The notes below the pieces were generated by a model, which saw nothing but the letters and a program-made list of their open reading frames with translations, had not been told where the DNA came from and made no database searches. The position numbers and the translations under genes were made by a program. From NCBI RefSeq assembly GCF_964213995.1, contig NW_027590143.1:806001-870000 (forward strand): a DNA stretch of 64,000 nt, written 5' to 3'. Positions 13,382 through 27,689 of the stretch are shown here, in pieces. This DNA comes from Mustelus asterias (taxonomy: Eukaryota). Each line of letters starts with the position of its first letter. Positions within the stretch are counted from its first letter, which is position 1.

Positions 13382-14011
13382 CATTGTTGTTGTTTGCAAT
13401 GACAAAGCCTTGTTCAATGGCAAAGTCTTGTTCATTTCTTTGTCGTGCACACGGCAGGATGTGTTTTCCCGTGGTTTGGTTTGGGAAACTGACAACACAA
13501 GGAATCTAACAACACAATGCACTCACAGGCAATTCAAGATGTTTTCAAAAGTTGTCTATTCTTTTGGACATTCTCTTTACCCCTAGTCAACAATTCAGAG
13601 GACCCAATGCTTGTGGGTTCCGGCCGCTGGCTTTGTGTACATTGTTATTCATTCAGACGATGTGGCTGACTTCCCCACGCACTGTCTATATCTGTCTCTC
13701 TTTGTTTCTGTTTAACGACCTCATTATTTTTCACTCTCTCAGTCTCTCACTGTTCTCTATCCACTTTCCATAGTGTGTTCTTCTTTCCCTCTATTCTCGC
13801 ACTGTCTGTGTAACGAAGGTTCAATGGATTGATTGCTGTGATGAGACAGTTGCCCTTGGAGGAGAGATTCATTGTGGTTATCCCTTTCTCTCTAATAAAA
13901 AGTGATCCCATTGACAAGTCTGCAACGGCGAGACTGTTTGATAGTGTACATGCTGAGGGATTGTTTCCATCGCTCCCCCCAGTTCTCCTCCTCCCCACCC
14001 CCACCACCGCC

Positions 14012-14325
14012 TGCTGGGGTAAGCACAGTACGAAGTCTCACAACACCAGGTTAAAGTCCAACAGGTTTATTTGGTAGCACAAGCCACAAGCTTTCGGAGC
14101 ACTGCCCCTTGATCAGGTGAGTGGGAGTTGTGTTCACAAACAAGGCATATATAGACACAAACTCAATTTACAAAACAATGGTTGGAATGCGAGTCTTTAC
14201 AGGTAATCAGGTCTTAAAGGTACAGACAATGTGAGTGGAGAGAGGGTTAAGCACAGGTTAAAGAGATGTGTATTGTCTCCAGCCAGGACAGTTAGTGAGA
14301 TTTTGCAAGCCCAGGCAAGTCGTTG
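14012..14325 (-). mobile_element. Penelope pLTR (family A)
   Basis: Reverse complement of the pLTR at 1710-2020, including the cacctgatcaaggggcagtgctccgaaagcttgtg motif. Confidence 0.85.
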
Positions 14326-14329
14326 ACTA

Positions 14330-14890
14330 TCTCTAATAAGTCATTCCGTCTCAAAATGCCTGTAGATCCTGTCTCTTAAAATACCTTCCAACAACTTACC
14401 CATCACAGATGTGAGGCTCACTAGCCTGTAGTTCCCAGGCTTTTCCCTGCAGCCCTTTTTAAACAAGCACAACATTTACCACCCTCCAATCTTCAGGCAC
14501 CTCACCTGCGACTATCAACGATTCGAATATCTCTGCTAGGGGACCCTCAATTTCCTCCTTAGCCTCCCACAATGTCCTGGAATATACTTCATCAGGTCCC
14601 GGGATTTATCCGCCTCGATGCGAGTTAAGACTTCCAGCACCTCCTTATCTGTAATATGTACACTCCTCAAGACATCACAATTTATTTCCTGAAGTTCCCG
14701 AACATCCATGCTTTTCTCTACAGCAAATACTGATGAGAAATATTCATTTAGGATCCCACCCATCTCTTGTGGATCCGCACATAGATGATCTTGTTGATCC
14801 TTAAGAGGCCCTACTCTCTCCCTTCCTACCCTTTTGCCCTTTCTGTCTTTGTCGATGCTCTTTGGATTCTCCTTTGCCTTATCTGCCAAA
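14330..14890 (-). mobile_element. CR1 LINE internal fragment
   Basis: ORF 14536..14976 ERVGPLKD..EMGGILNEYFSSVF..EVLEVL. Confidence 0.8.
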
Positions 14891-15529
14891 ACAGGTATTT
14901 TGGCAGATAGGTTGCACATCTGCCTCATTGATGTGGTTGGTGGGTTCTGAAGATTGAAAGTTACACTTAGGAACATAGGAATTAAGATCAGCAGAAGGCA
15001 AATTCAGCGCTTCGAGCCTGCTCCAGCATTCAATCAGTTCATGGCTGATCTTTCCCTGGTCTCAAATCCACTGCCCCTTATCTGTTAATTCATTTTGTGT
15101 TGGAAATATATCTGTCTCCTTCTTTAAACCTTTTTAATGATTCAGACTCCACCCTTCTATGGAGCAGCGAGTTCCACAAATCGACGACCATTAGCAATAA
15201 GTAGTTCCCCAACAGCTCCGTTTTAGATCTACCGCCTCTCAACCTATTCATGTGACAGTAGGTTGGTTCTATTCTTTCCCCACAGATGCTGTCAGATCAG
15301 TTGAGATTTCCAAGCATTTTCTGTTTTTTGCACAGATTCCAGCATTCATCGTATTTTGTTTTTTTGTGTAATTGTGACCTCTTGATCTCGACTGCCCAAT
15401 AAGAAGAAACATTTTGTCTACGTTTACTCTATCAATCCCTCTTAAAATTTTATATAATTCGATCACTTCAGCATATTGTGGGACGATTTCGCCTCAGTGT
15501 CAATTTCATGCCCCAGCGAACTCCCAGCG

Positions 15530-16278
15530 ACTGTATACCACTGTGCCGCCACCTAGCAGAGATGGCAGCGCAGTGGTATACAATCGGGAGTGAGTTGCCC
15601 TGGGAATTCTTAACATCGACTCTGTAGTCTCATGGCTTCAGGTTAAACATGTGGAAGGAAACCTCTTACTGGATACCAGGTACCGTCCTCCTTCGGCTCA
15701 TGAATCAGTGATCCTCCATGTTGAAATACACTTGAAGGAAGCACTGAGGGTGGCAAGGGCGCAGAATGTACTCTGGATGGGGGATTTCAATGTCCACCAC
15801 CGAGAATGGCTCAGTAGCTGCAATACTGATCGAGCTGGTCGGGTCCTAAAATATGTCACTGTTAGACTTGATCTACAGCAGCTGGTGAAGGAACCAACAA
15901 GAGGAAATAACATACTTGACCTCATCCTTACCAATCTGCCGGCTGCAGATGCAACCGTCCACGACGGTATCAGCAAGAGTGATCACTGCATAATCCGTGT
16001 GGAGATGAAGTCCCGCCTTTGCATTGAGAATAGCCTCCATTCTGTTATGTGGCACTATCACCGTGTTTAATGGGACAGACTTCGAACCGATCTCGCAACT
16101 CAAGACTAGGCATGCATGGAGCGTTGTGGGCCACCAACAGCAGGGGAACTGTACTCCAGCACTATCTGCAATCTCATGGCCCAGAATATACCCCACTTAA
16201 CCATTACCATCAAGTCAGGGAACCAACTCTGGTTCAATGGAGAGTGCAAGGGTGTTGGGGCGGGGGGGGGGGGGATGT

Positions 16279-16310
<32 letters not shown>

Positions 16311-17125
16311 CGCGCAGGAGTAGCACCAGGCATACCAAAATGTGAGGTGTCAACCTGGAGAAACTACCAAACAGGACTCTGTACATGCCAAATGGCAAAA
16401 ACAACAAGTGATAGACAGAGGTAAGCGATCCCACAACCAACAGATCAGATCTAACCTCTTCAGTCCTTCCACATCCAGTCGTGAATGGTGGTGGACAATT
16501 AAACAACTCACTGGAGGAAGAAAATCCACAAATATCCTCATCCTCACTGATGGGGCAGCCCAGCACCTCATTGCAAAAGATAAACCTGAAGAATTCGAAG
16601 CAATCTCCAGCCAGGAGTGTCGACTGGATGATCCATCTCGGCCTCCTCCAGTGGTCCCCAGCATCTCAAATGCTAGTCTCCAGCCAATTCGATTCACTCA
16701 ATTTGATACCAAAAAACGGTTGGAGGCACTGGACACTGGAAAGGCAATGGGCCCTGATAACATTCCGGCAATAGTACTTGTGCTGTAGAACTTACCGCTC
16801 CCCCAGCCAAGTTCTTCTCGGACAATTACAACACTGGCATCTTCGCAACAATGTGGAAAATTGCCCAGGTATTTCCTGCACAAAAAAAGGCACGGGAAAT
16901 CCAACTAGCCAATTATCGCCAAATTCGACGACTCTCCATCATCTGTCAAGCGATGGCAGGGTCATCAACAGACCTCCTCAGCAAAGCCCAGTTTGAGTTT
17001 GGCCAGGGTGACTCAGCTGCTGTCCTCATTTAACCTTTTGTTCAAACATGGACAATGGAGCTGAATTCCCGAGGTGAGCTGAGAGTGATAGGCCTTGACA
17101 TCAAGGCTGCAGTTGACCAAGTGTT
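15530..17125 (+). mobile_element. Non-LTR retrotransposon (CR1/L2 group) APE endonuclease + RT N-terminal fragment, frameshifted
   Basis: WMGDFNVHH, EPTRGNNILDLILTN and SDH endonuclease motifs; KAMGPDNIPAIVL; LDIKAAVD; a related shorter fragment lies at ~17930-18350. Confidence 0.85.
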
Positions 17126-17171
17126 TAAACTACCACGTGTAACTTGCGGCTATAAACTAAAGTTGAACATA

Positions 17172-17232
17172 AGGCTCCAGCGAGGATTGAACTCGCAACC
17201 TCTGGTTTACGAGACCAGTGCTCTATGGAGCC
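17172..17232 (-). pseudogene. tRNA-Thr(CGT) pseudogene with D-arm deletion
   Basis: GGCTCCATAG^AGCACTGGTCTCGTAAACCAG...; 12 nt including the A box missing. Confidence 0.8.
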
Positions 17233-17567
17233 AATCCTTTGCAATTAGCTTGCAATAAATGTATAATAATCAGTGGAACAGACTGCATTTTCAGATGGAA
17301 ATAGATATGCTTGAGCGGGAGAGCAGGGAGTTAGAATATGTGGCGATAAATGGGCAGAATTTGACATGTGCCAGTTACTTCAAACGATCAATGTTTGCCG
17401 TGTGCCTGCCGATAAATTCTTCTTCTGAGCTTATACTTGTTGTTACACCTCTGACTTTTCCACGTCTGATACAATTCATCCAGTTTGAAGATTAACCCTT
17501 GTTTCTCCCTTCACAGACAATGTGAGGCCTAATTTGATTTAATGAAGAGTTAAACAAAAAAATGTTC

Positions 17568-17619
17568 ACCCGTGACTGGGAATCAATCCCGGGCACGGCG
17601 CCTAATCCTGACCACTAGA
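17568..17619 (-). pseudogene. tRNA-Glu-derived pseudogene lacking anticodon loop (older paralog)
   Basis: TCTAGTGGTCAGGATTAGGCGC^CGTGCCCGGGATTGATTCCCAGTCACGGG; flank paralogous to 4190-4330. Confidence 0.55.
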
Positions 17620-17744
17620 AAAGCTCATAAGAGAGATTTGCAATTAGACCATAAACATCTATTTTCCCATTGTCTCATTTCATGTCATTGTCTAAACTTT
17701 GCCAGATATTCACACAGTCAATTTATCATTTATAAGCAATTACA

Positions 17745-17920
17745 GCAAATACGTGGCCAATCCACCTAACATGCACACCTGGACACTGTGGGAGGAAACT
17801 GGAACACCGGCAGGAAACTCAGGCACACACGGGGAGAACGTGCAAACGCCTCACAATTACCAAAGGTTGGAATTGAAGCCGGGTCCCTGGCGCTGCGAAG
17901 CCACCGCGGCGCCCACTATG
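17745..17920 (-). mobile_element. HE1/V-SINE-type SINE
   Basis: V-domain core gtgggaggaaactggaacaccggcaggaaac and tRNA-derived head. Confidence 0.8.
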
Positions 17921-18682
17921 CGACAATCACTTCCACTGCAGCGTTGATTGCAAGACAAAGATGTTTGTGGATACATTGGAAACAACGAGAGCTCCCGGCA
18001 CTGGCAATCTTCCAGCAATTTTACTAAAGCGTTGTGCTCCTGAACTTGCCGCGCTCCGAGTCAAGCAGTTTCAGTACAACTGCATCACTGTTATCTACCT
18101 GGCAAACTGCAAATCAAATCAAGACAATTACCACCAGTCTGCTCTCGGTCATCAGGAATGTGATAGAAGGGGTCAACAAACATGGTATCAAGAAGCACTG
18201 ACTTCGCAGTAACCAGCTAACAGTTAATCAGAGAAGTCTGAACTAGGCAACAAAGAGGAACCTTCTCCAGTCAGCCTTTGTTCGCACATGGACAAAAGAG
18301 CTGTACTCCAGAGGTGTGACGAATGTGGCTGCCTGTGATATCAAGGCATTTAAAGTGCTCTTCTATACGGTTCTTAAGTGTGCTTAGTGTTGGTGTTCTT
18401 GCCTCTAACAACCTTTCAGGCAGTGGGTTCCAGATTGCCATCACCCTCTGATCCTCTCTGAAGCTCTTTCTCCATACCTTAAATCTAAGCCGCCTGGTTG
18501 TTCACCCTTCTGCTATGGGGAAACGACTATTCTTATCTGCCAATCCATGTCCCCCAAAATTTTGCACACTCAATCATGCCGGCCCTCAGCATTCAATGAT
18601 CAGGCGAAATCAGCCCCAATGTATTTCGTCCCTCTTCACAGCTGAAAATCTCCAGCGTCGTGTCCAGAACTAAAACCACTTG

Positions 18683-18764
18683 TAGCAGCGTTTGAATTGG
18701 AATTCACGCCTCCCCAAAGACTGGAACCTCAACCCAACGTCTTCGACCACTCGGACCCGCTACC
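18683..18764 (-). pseudogene. tRNA-Leu (AAG/TAG-type body, anticodon now GAG) pseudogene
   Basis: GGTAGCGGGTCCGAGTGGTCGAAGACGTTGGGTTGAGGTTCCAGTCTTTGGGGAGGCGTG...; long variable arm, B box destroyed. Confidence 0.7.
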
Positions 18765-20299
18765 ACCGAAGTGCAAACGATCACCAGGTATTTTAACGGT
18801 ATTGCTAGTGAAATAGCTCAGAGGCAAAGCATTTGGTATGAACCATTGGGTACTTCGAGTCCGTTCCGTCAGTTAATCAGAGAAGTGATCCATGCAACAA
18901 AGAGAAATCTTCTCCAGTCAGAAACACAATGAGCTTCAGTGAAGGGCCTGTACGATTTAAACTGTCCTTAACCTCGTCTGGTTCCTAATTTCCCGCCAGA
19001 AATGACAATAAAACTTCCTGTTGAATTTGGTCAGGGTCTTCACTTCAATGAGGGCAGGACATGAGGCGAGACCAGGATTCCTGCATTCGACAGGGAAATA
19101 ACTGAAATGTGTTTCATGGTTTGGACACGAGCAATAAATCTTCATATCCTGACCTGTAATCAAAACAGCAGTGAAAGTGTCAAACTCTATCCATCAGACC
19201 AGCAGGTTACAGCATGTTTTAAAATTTGCTTTATCCACGCTCCTTTTCTTATTTTTAAGCTCGCTGAAAGCACACTTGAACCAAAGGGATTCACCTGAAA
19301 AATGACACAATCTGCTTCAATACCAGTGATATGTTCAGCCATTGACAACATACAACAAACTCGCCACTTCAATTATTACATTCTTTCTGAGGGTTCGAAA
19401 CCGGACAGCAATATTTCTGCATGCTTTTCAATACAGAGTCAGGGAAACGTTTCATAATTTGTGTTTTTGGTAAATGTCAACTGATATGCTGAGTATTTCC
19501 AGCATTTTCTGATTGCAAAGTCAGGTGTCACTCGGTAAAAACAACAAAAGTGAAGGTCTGTGGTAGAGAGCAAGGCAAGGTGGATTAATTGACACAAGGA
19601 ATGATAGACAAGCCAACATTGAGCAGGTGATGCTGGAGAGCGGGTGGTCTCGTGGTTCAGATTCAAGGCTTTAACCGCCAAGGCCCAGGCTCAATGACAG
19701 GTGACAAATTGTGAAAATAGAATTTCGTATGAAACAACTTGTCTCTTTCTTATTCCTGATCAACTAATCACAACTGTTGTTTCAAAGCAATATGCCAAGA
19801 CTAATAAGCTGTTCCTCGACTGTAACTTTCTATAATTGTTTCATTTTCATCCCCACTGCTGCTGCCTTCACAATATTTCTTTCATCCTACAACCCATTAC
19901 TGCAAAATCCACCTTCTTCACTTGTGTTCAGCTCCTGTGACCTCATGGGACTGAGTAGATTCAATACGAAGATTATCATTTAGTCCGAGATTTGGAGCGA
20001 GATCTAGGCGATATTTGTGTCAGTGTAAAAGGTAAAGTCTGACCCATTACCACCCAAATATACTTTGCAACACCATCTCTATCGTCAGTGCGTTGCAGCC
20101 TATCGCTCTCCTTTGCTTAATAAAACAAATTATTGCTTATGCTGGAAACTGAAACAGAAACAGAAAATGCTGGATAATGTCAACAGTTTTAACAGTATCA
20201 GTGGATAGAGAACAGAGACGACGTTTCGAGTCCTGATGACCCGCCGTCAGAGCTCTGAACCTCTGACAAGTTGATTTCGAAACGTTGGCTCCAATCTCA

Positions 20300-21660
20300 T
20301 AGAGTCAAAGAGTCTTAGAGTCACAGAGGTTTACAGCATGGAAAAAGGCCCTTCTGCCAGGCTTGTCCATGCCACCCTTTTTTAACTACCAAGCCAGTCC
20401 CAATTGCCCGCGTTTGGCCCATATCCATCGATAGCAATCTTGCTCATGTAACTTTCTAAACGCTTGATAAAAGACACAATTGTACCCGCCTCTACTACTA
20501 TCTCTGGTAGATTGTTACAGACACTCACCACCCTCAGTGTGAAAAAAGAATGCTCCTCTGGATCCTTTTGTATCTCTCCCCTCTCATCTTAAACCTATGC
20601 CTTCCAGTTTTAGACTCCCCTACCACTGGGAAATGATATTGACTATCTAGCTGATCGATGTCTCTCAGTATTTCATAGACCTTTATAAGATCGTCCTGAG
20701 CCTCCGACATTCCAGAGAAAAAAGTCCCAGTCTATCCAACCACTCCTTGTAACTCAAACCATCAAGTTCTCGGAGCATTCTAGTAAATCGTTTCTGCATT
20801 CTTTCTAGTTTAATAATATCCTTTCTATAATAGAATGACCAGAACAGTACACAGTATTCCAAGTGTGGCCTTACCAATGATTGCACAACTTCAACAAGAT
20901 GTCCCAGTTTCTGTATTCACTGTTCTGACCAATGAAACCAAGCATACCGAATGCCGTATTCACCACTCTATCCACCTGTGACACCACTTTCAATGAGCTA
21001 TGAACATGTACCCCTAGATCTCTTTGCTATATAACTCTCGCCACGCCCTACCATTAACTGAGCAAGTCCTGTCCTTGTTCGATCTACCAAAATGCATCAC
21101 CTCGCATTTATCTAAATTAAACTCCATCTGCCATTCGTCAGCCCACTGGCTGAATTGATCAAGTTCCCGTTGAAATCTGAGATAACGTTCTTTCTTCACT
21201 GCCATCATTCTTGGTGTCATGTGCAAACTTACTAACCATGCCTCCTAAATTCTCATCCATATCATTAATATAAATGACAAGTGACAGTAGACCCAACATC
21301 GATCCCTATGGCACACCGCTGCTCACAGCCTTCCAGTTTGAAAAACAAGCCTCTACACCACCCTCTGTGTTCTGTCATCAAGTTAATTTTATATCAATTT
21401 GGCTACCGAGCTGGATCCCGTGAGTTTTAATCTCATGCAACAACCTACCATGCGGTACCTTGTCAAAGGCCTTGCTAAAGTTCATATAGACAACATCGAC
21501 GGCACTGCCCTCATCTACCTTCTTGGTTACCCCTTCAAAAAAAACTCAATCAAATTTGTGAGACATGATTTTCCACTCGCAAAGCGATGCTGACTGTCCC
21601 TAATCAGTCTTTGACTCTCCAAATGCCTGTCGATCCGATCTCTAAGAATTCCTTCGATAA
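20300..21660 (-). mobile_element. CR1 LINE RT/3' region, degenerate
   Basis: ORFs with LVRPHLEYCV..LER.QKRFTRM, WQMEFNLDKCEVMHFG, GKSCLTNLIEFF; continues at 22060-22370 after a SINE insertion. Confidence 0.9.
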
Positions 21661-21717
21661 ACTTAGTTGGGCGGGGCGGCGGGGGTGGGGGGGGGGGGGT
21701 GGGGTGAGGGGGAGGGG

Positions 21718-22055
21718 GGCGATAGCCTCGTGGTATTAACGCTAGACTATTAATCCAGAAACTCAACTAAGTTCTGCGGACCGGGGTTCGAACTCGGTCA
21801 TGACAGCCGGTGGAATTTGAATTCAATAAAAAAATTCTGGAATTAAGAATCTACTGATGACCATGAAACTATTGTTGATTGTTGGAAAGACTTATCTGGT
21901 TCACTAATGCTCTTTAGGGGAGGACATTACACGGTCTGGCCTATATGTGACTCCAGAGCCATAGCAATGTGATTGCCTCTCAACTGCTTTCGGGCAACTG
22001 GGGATGGGCAATAAATGCTGGCCAGCCAGCGACGCCCATGTCCCATGAACACGTA
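21718..22055 (+). mobile_element. tRNA-derived SINE inserted in CR1
   Basis: A/B-box-like head (gtggtattaacgctagac..ggttcgaactc) and tail ggggatgggcaataaatgctggccagccagcgacgccc. Confidence 0.8.
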
Positions 22056-24324
22056 AAAAAACTACAGCTGTGAGGCTCAACGGCCTGTAGTTCCCAGGCT
22101 TTTCGCGTTTAAACAAAGACACAACATTTGCCACCCTCCAATCTTCGGGCACCTCACCTATTCCTATCGATGTTTAAAATATCTCTGCTAGTGGATACAC
22201 AATTTCCTCCCTAGCCTCCTACAACGTCCCTAGGATAAACTTCATTAGGTGCTGAGGATTTATCTACCGGGATGCGCTTTAAGACTCCAGCCTATCCTTC
22301 TCTGTAAAACCTAAACTCCTCAAGATATTGCTATTTATTTTCCCAAGTTCCATCACACCCATGTCTTTCTGATGGTCTCTCTGCAAAAATGCCTTCAGAC
22401 CTGATGAGATATTCTAGTCCACTTCTGGCCTCCCCCTCCATTAGGAACATTCTCTCTGAATCTACCCTGTCTAACTCTGTTAGAATTTTGTCGGTTGCTA
22501 TGACTCCTCCCTGAATCTTCTAAACTAGAATGAATGTAATGCTAACCGACTTAGTCCCTCCTCATATGACAGGCCTGTCATCCCAGATATAAGCCTGGTA
22601 AACGTTCGCTGTACTCCCTGTAGGGCAATGAAATCCTACCCCAGATAAGGACACCAAAACTGCACACAATACTCACGGTGTGGTCTCACTAACACCGTAT
22701 ACAATCGCATTCATGACTGAAGAGGCTCGAAAGGCTGAGCGGCCTGCCCTTGTCCCTATTCCTTTTGGCATTGTTGATCCTCATGTTTTGGAACTCTCTT
22801 TCTCAATAATCGGTGACAACAGAGCTTTCATTATTTTTAAAGTAGATGTGGATACGTTTTTGCTGAGTCATACGTGATTGGTGATCAGGTGTAGGTGGAC
22901 TGCAAATTTGATGTTAGAATTAAGTTATGAAATGGAGGAGCGGGCTTGAGGGGCTTAATGTCCTACGTATCTTTCTATTTTGATTGTTCATACGACGATC
23001 TGAGAGAGAACACATTCCACATCATTGTCTTTAATGAGCGACCCCTTATTTGAAACTTTCTCACCCGGTTTTGGATTCTCTCCGAAATGGCAACATTCTG
23101 TGCACATCCACAATGTCAACATCCCTCAAGATCTTAAACTCTGCCATTAAGTCGCCTCTTACTATTCGAACTTTCAGTGTGTATATGTCTACTCTCTCCA
23201 ATCATCTCCATGAGACAACCCGCTCATTACTGGAAATCGTTTAGTAAACCTTCTCAGGACTGTCTCAAAGACATTTTCATTTCCCTTTATATATCGATAG
23301 CCAAAGGTATACACGTTATTTCTAATATGGGCTCACTATCAGAAGGGCTTGAACCTGCAAGGCTACGGAGCAGATGATAGAATGTGGGATTAGACGGAGC
23401 CACTAGTTCCATTTGTCTCTGTTGTATCCAGAGTATGCATGATGGGCTGAATGGCCCGTTTCGGCATCATTACTTTTCTATTCTTCTAGTTATCACCAGA
23501 GTTTTGTGCAACTGAATGGGTATGTATAAATAATATTGGGTGTAATTCATGTAAGATAATGTCCTTTTTTGTCAGGTTTATAAATAGCTGGACTGACATT
23601 TGTTTTAAATTCGAGCAAAAATAATAGAAGGAATTAAATATTACTAAGTAGAGTGAATTGAAGGTGAAAGATATTTCGAGAAGATAAAACGTGCAGATCG
23701 ATGGAATTGCATCCACACAGTCTGAAAGCAGCATGGCATGCAAAGGAAGATGTAAGGTTGGGTGAAGGGCACAGGACACATCCTCACTTATCATCAAAAG
23801 TACAGGAAATTTTACATGTGCTTCGGAACGCAGGTTGGACACCTGATTTACCTCTTGCACGGGTTAATCTCCATAAAATAATATCTGTGAACAATACAAG
23901 GGTAGATGGTTATTTTATCGGATTAAGACCTGTTTCTTGCTGAATACCAGCAGTGTAATATTTCTAATCATCCTGCTTTTGACACCTCTCTTTTATTAGC
24001 AGAAGCATCAACATTATTCCCCGAACCTGCACCAATTTCACTATTACAGTTTCATTGAAATTCTGAAATTGTAGATTGACATTATGAGATAGAAATATTC
24101 GTTACTGTCTTAATTCACGTCAGTTCAGTAACATAGTCTTAATCAATAATCCTATTTTTCACCAAACTGCTTGGGCCAATTTGTTTGTCTTCAGTCAGAT
24201 CATTTTCTTTGATTGCAAAGGACTTTCAATAAACATGTATTTTGCAAGAAAAGCTGAATTCATCTTGTTTGTTCGGCGATTGTGAATAATCGTGTAGGCA
24301 CAAAGTTTAATTGTTTCACCGGTG

Positions 24325-24620
24325 ACTTTACTCACTCCATAAATAGGCAATGCTTTCATTGTGCCCACCGGTGTTAAAAATAAGAGTGGTCTCCAGTACA
24401 ACCAGAGATCATTGAATCTCAGAGTCGATGAACCATGTTCTGGATTATTCCACTTGAGCTTCGTATTATTTGGGTACGTCACGATGTCTGAAGGATTTAC
24501 TACCCACTCCGTTGGTGTGACTGGTGAGTGTAATTTCACTATATTTATTACCCTTGTCCATGAGATCCAGTTAATAATATTATTATATGCAAACGTCATG
24601 TTCCTTATGTGCTAATGCAG
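24325..24620 (-). pseudogene. Possible decayed Ig-superfamily V-like exon
   Basis: ORF 24195..24599 has NMTF..ISW..GSSTLRFNDL; TGD follows after a frameshift; gtgagt donor-like site near 24325. Confidence 0.25.
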
Positions 24621-25224
24621 TGGGAAAAATTCTCTCTCTTCTCAGCAGCCATTCTCCCTACTGTCGCCTGGTGGTTGCTCTTTATTTCCCTCTCCCTCCC
24701 CTCCCCACTACCACGCCCCACCCCCCCCCCCCCACCCCCATCTCCTCGCTCCACCCACTCCGTCCCCACCTCCACCGGCCACTTTCACTGTTCCTGCCTT
24801 AGTATCTAAAGGGTCCTGACCTCAGTAAAAATATATATATAATTTCCAGTGCTGTGATTCACAGCCAATTCCAAATCAACTGATGCAATATCTACAAATG
24901 CAGAGTCTACAGCAGAGTCACAGCAGAGTGACCCGGACCAGGGACATTTGGTCCAAACCCATTGGCATCATTGTGTTTCCCAAATACAAATATGGAGAAG
25001 GCTTGAAAGTGGAGATCTGATCTGTTGGTGAATCTGCTTTCTTGCTACATCAATGCGGTGCTTTCCTACTGTGAACTCGGTCTCAGCGGAACCAGTGAAT
25101 CCATATTATTCTGAGGCTGGATTATGTGAAAACAAATACTTCAACTGCTCCCCAGAATCCTGACAGACCGCTGCTCCCGTTCTCAATCTGAAATATGAGT
25201 TAATTGTGTCTCTCTTCCTTACAG

Positions 25225-26335
25225 TGAACTTATCGACGATTCTTATCCTGTCTCGCGGAAGGTGTGGACTTTCAAAATGTGTCACACGTTCCTAATTTCC
25301 ATGTTAGCAGCGTGTGTACTGGTCGTCATCATCGACCTCATATTGAGGCAAATTCCTATCAGAGTTAATGATCAATTTATCTTCATGCATCATACTCAAG
25401 TGTGCAACATCCATACCGTCCTGCTGTACGCAGTCACCGATTGTTCTGTCTTGTTCACTGTCACTTTCACCTTTGATCGATTCGTGGCCATTACTTGTCA
25501 GAAACAGAAAATAAAATACTACACTGAGAAAACGGCAGTTGTGGTTATTGGAACAGTGAGTGTGCTGCTCAGTGCAAAGAACACGTTCTGGTACTATATG
25601 TCTGAGGATATAGTGTACTTTCCAATAATCTCTACTTCTGTTATGCAGATTCTGATGAATTGTTTTCACCAGCGTGAGTAGAAGTTGAAAGTCTGCATTA
25701 TATTTTAGCCAAAAGACCAGAAGACCATAAGACATAGGAGCAGCATTAGACCACTTGGCCCATCGAGTCTGCTCCGCCATTCAATCATGGCTGATATTTT
25801 TTCTCATCCCCATTCTGCTGCCTTTTCCCCATAACCCCGATCCCCTTATCAATCAAGAACCTATATCTCTCTGTCTTAAAGACACTCAATGAACTGGCCT
25901 CCACAGCCTTCTTCTCCAAACCTCATCTGTTCCTTTATTGCTGAATCTGCTGTTCAATATTTCAACCGTTAAACACATTTTATTGTCGAGCAAGGTTCTC
26001 CGTAGACCTCAGACGCAAAAGAGTGGGGAAAGTTCAAATGGCCAAGAGATAGAGAAGTGAAGAAAATCTACCATCTTACCCTTTGCGATGTCGGGAAATT
26101 TTATCCTGTTATGGTCAGGGTTCCTATTGTTTTGCCTTAATCAGCGATTGTACAAGTTGAATTTATTTCTGTTATTTTGCCATTATTTGTTCAGGAACTG
26201 GGATTTATGCTTCAACTCTAGAGTTGCTGCACCAACACATGCATTCATGCCATGACCCAGACGCAATTCAGAGCGGATCTGAAGAATGTGGTGAAATTTC
26301 CATTTACTGGAATTGTGAAGCTTATTAAACAGTGA
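25225..26335 (+). pseudogene. GPR139-like (class A GPCR) pseudogene, main coding exon
   Basis: After a ttacag acceptor: NL..ILSRGRCGLSKCVTR (frameshift), TVTFTFDRFVAI.CQK.KIKYYTEKTA; later RKSTIL..SGNFILLW and GFMLQL*SCCTNTCI..MTQTQFR. Interrupted by a CR1 tail (~25711-25910) and by stops. Confidence 0.85.
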
Positions 26336-26889
26336 TCAGATAGTTTACCATAACAGTGTGTTTATCTGGTGTACTGTACAAAACCCCATCTCAGTCAGAC
26401 ACGCACAGTGAGACCGTTTTTGTTTTGTTATTCTGATCAATTCATGAACAGCAAGCGCAGAAATAGAAAAATAATCGAATTTACTTCCAAAGGGCACTGG
26501 GTTTGGATCATTTCAATGCTGACATTCAGCATGGCCTGGGCAAAATGAGCTCCAGAGTAAAGTATCCCCATGGCAAAGCGGGAGGGAGATTGGTGACTGT
26601 GACATTTTGCGTCTACTCCAACACACCTCCAACAACAAACGGAGATGCCAGCCCCACCGTCCCTTAAACCTCACCGCACCATAAAACTTTATTATTTAAT
26701 AAGTCTGGATGAGAAAAGTACACATCACTTTAAATCAATAAAAGAGGTCATAAAATAATTAGCTGTTAATGCGCATATTTATTCGTGGGAAGATGAATGC
26801 CAATGTCAGTATTAAATTCATTATCCTTCGGCCAGATTTCCCTGTGAATATTACTGACACAGATACTAATGTCGTTGCTTTACTTGTTG

Positions 26890-27240
26890 GTTCCTTTCTG
26901 GGGAAACAAGGAAATAAATTTAACCTAAAAATCTCCTCAAACCTGTTTTGCTCTCTTGTCGTTAAAGTGATACAACACCACCATCTGCTGGCGCCGCACA
27001 GCAACTGCAGATTTGTGAGTCTCAAAGTTCAGTGTCTGGATGGCTGCATCCGCGAACCTTTTGCTGAAGTGTGACTATTGAACGATATTGTCCGAGATTT
27101 GAGTTTACAGAAGGAGCTCGGCTGGCGCATTCGCCCTTTTATATAACCAGACACCGCACAGGAACTGTGTTCTTCATTATCCTTTGGAGACATGGTCTGG
27201 ACATTGAAGTTGATGTTATTTCAGACTGCAATGCGTGCAT
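26890..27240 (-). pseudogene. Possible decayed Ig-superfamily V-like exon
   Basis: Across frames: NNINFNV / VWLYKRANAPAELLL / HFSKRF / TLRLTNLQL..SRWWCCITL..RLNLF. Confidence 0.35.
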
Positions 27241-27689
27241 TCGATGCAGTTATCAGAGGTTAAATCACATTCAAAATGGGAGTGGGCAAACTTTTCTTCC
27301 CTCTGTAATTCACTGTCAGACATTTTCAAGGTTTAATCTTATAGGGGCACGCGCACACAGACATTTACAGCAGCGCGCACATACACAAAGACATTTACAG
27401 GGGCCCACACGCGCAAACATACACACATAGAGATACAGGGGCGCGCACTCGTTCACAGAAATACAGAGTCACAAACACACACAGACACAGACATGCGCAC
27501 ACGCATACACTCACACAGACACACAGATCCTTATAAAGAATGTTCACAGTAACTTCATTGCAATGTTAATGTAAGCCTAATTGTGACACTAATAAACGTC
27601 AATGTTTCCAATATAATCCACTAAATTACACAATGATTCTTTGAAGATTGAAAACGAAATCATTTTAAGGCGCAGATTTTATTTCTTTG

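Larger units (their letters stand above)
2044..13990. repeat. Left arm of large inverted segmental duplication
   Basis: 2044-10190 is the reverse complement of ~49597-42060 and 11312-13990 is the reverse complement of ~35165-32620. 10188-11160 is a direct copy of 35188-36157. Same tRNAs and TE fragments in mirrored order. Confidence 0.95.
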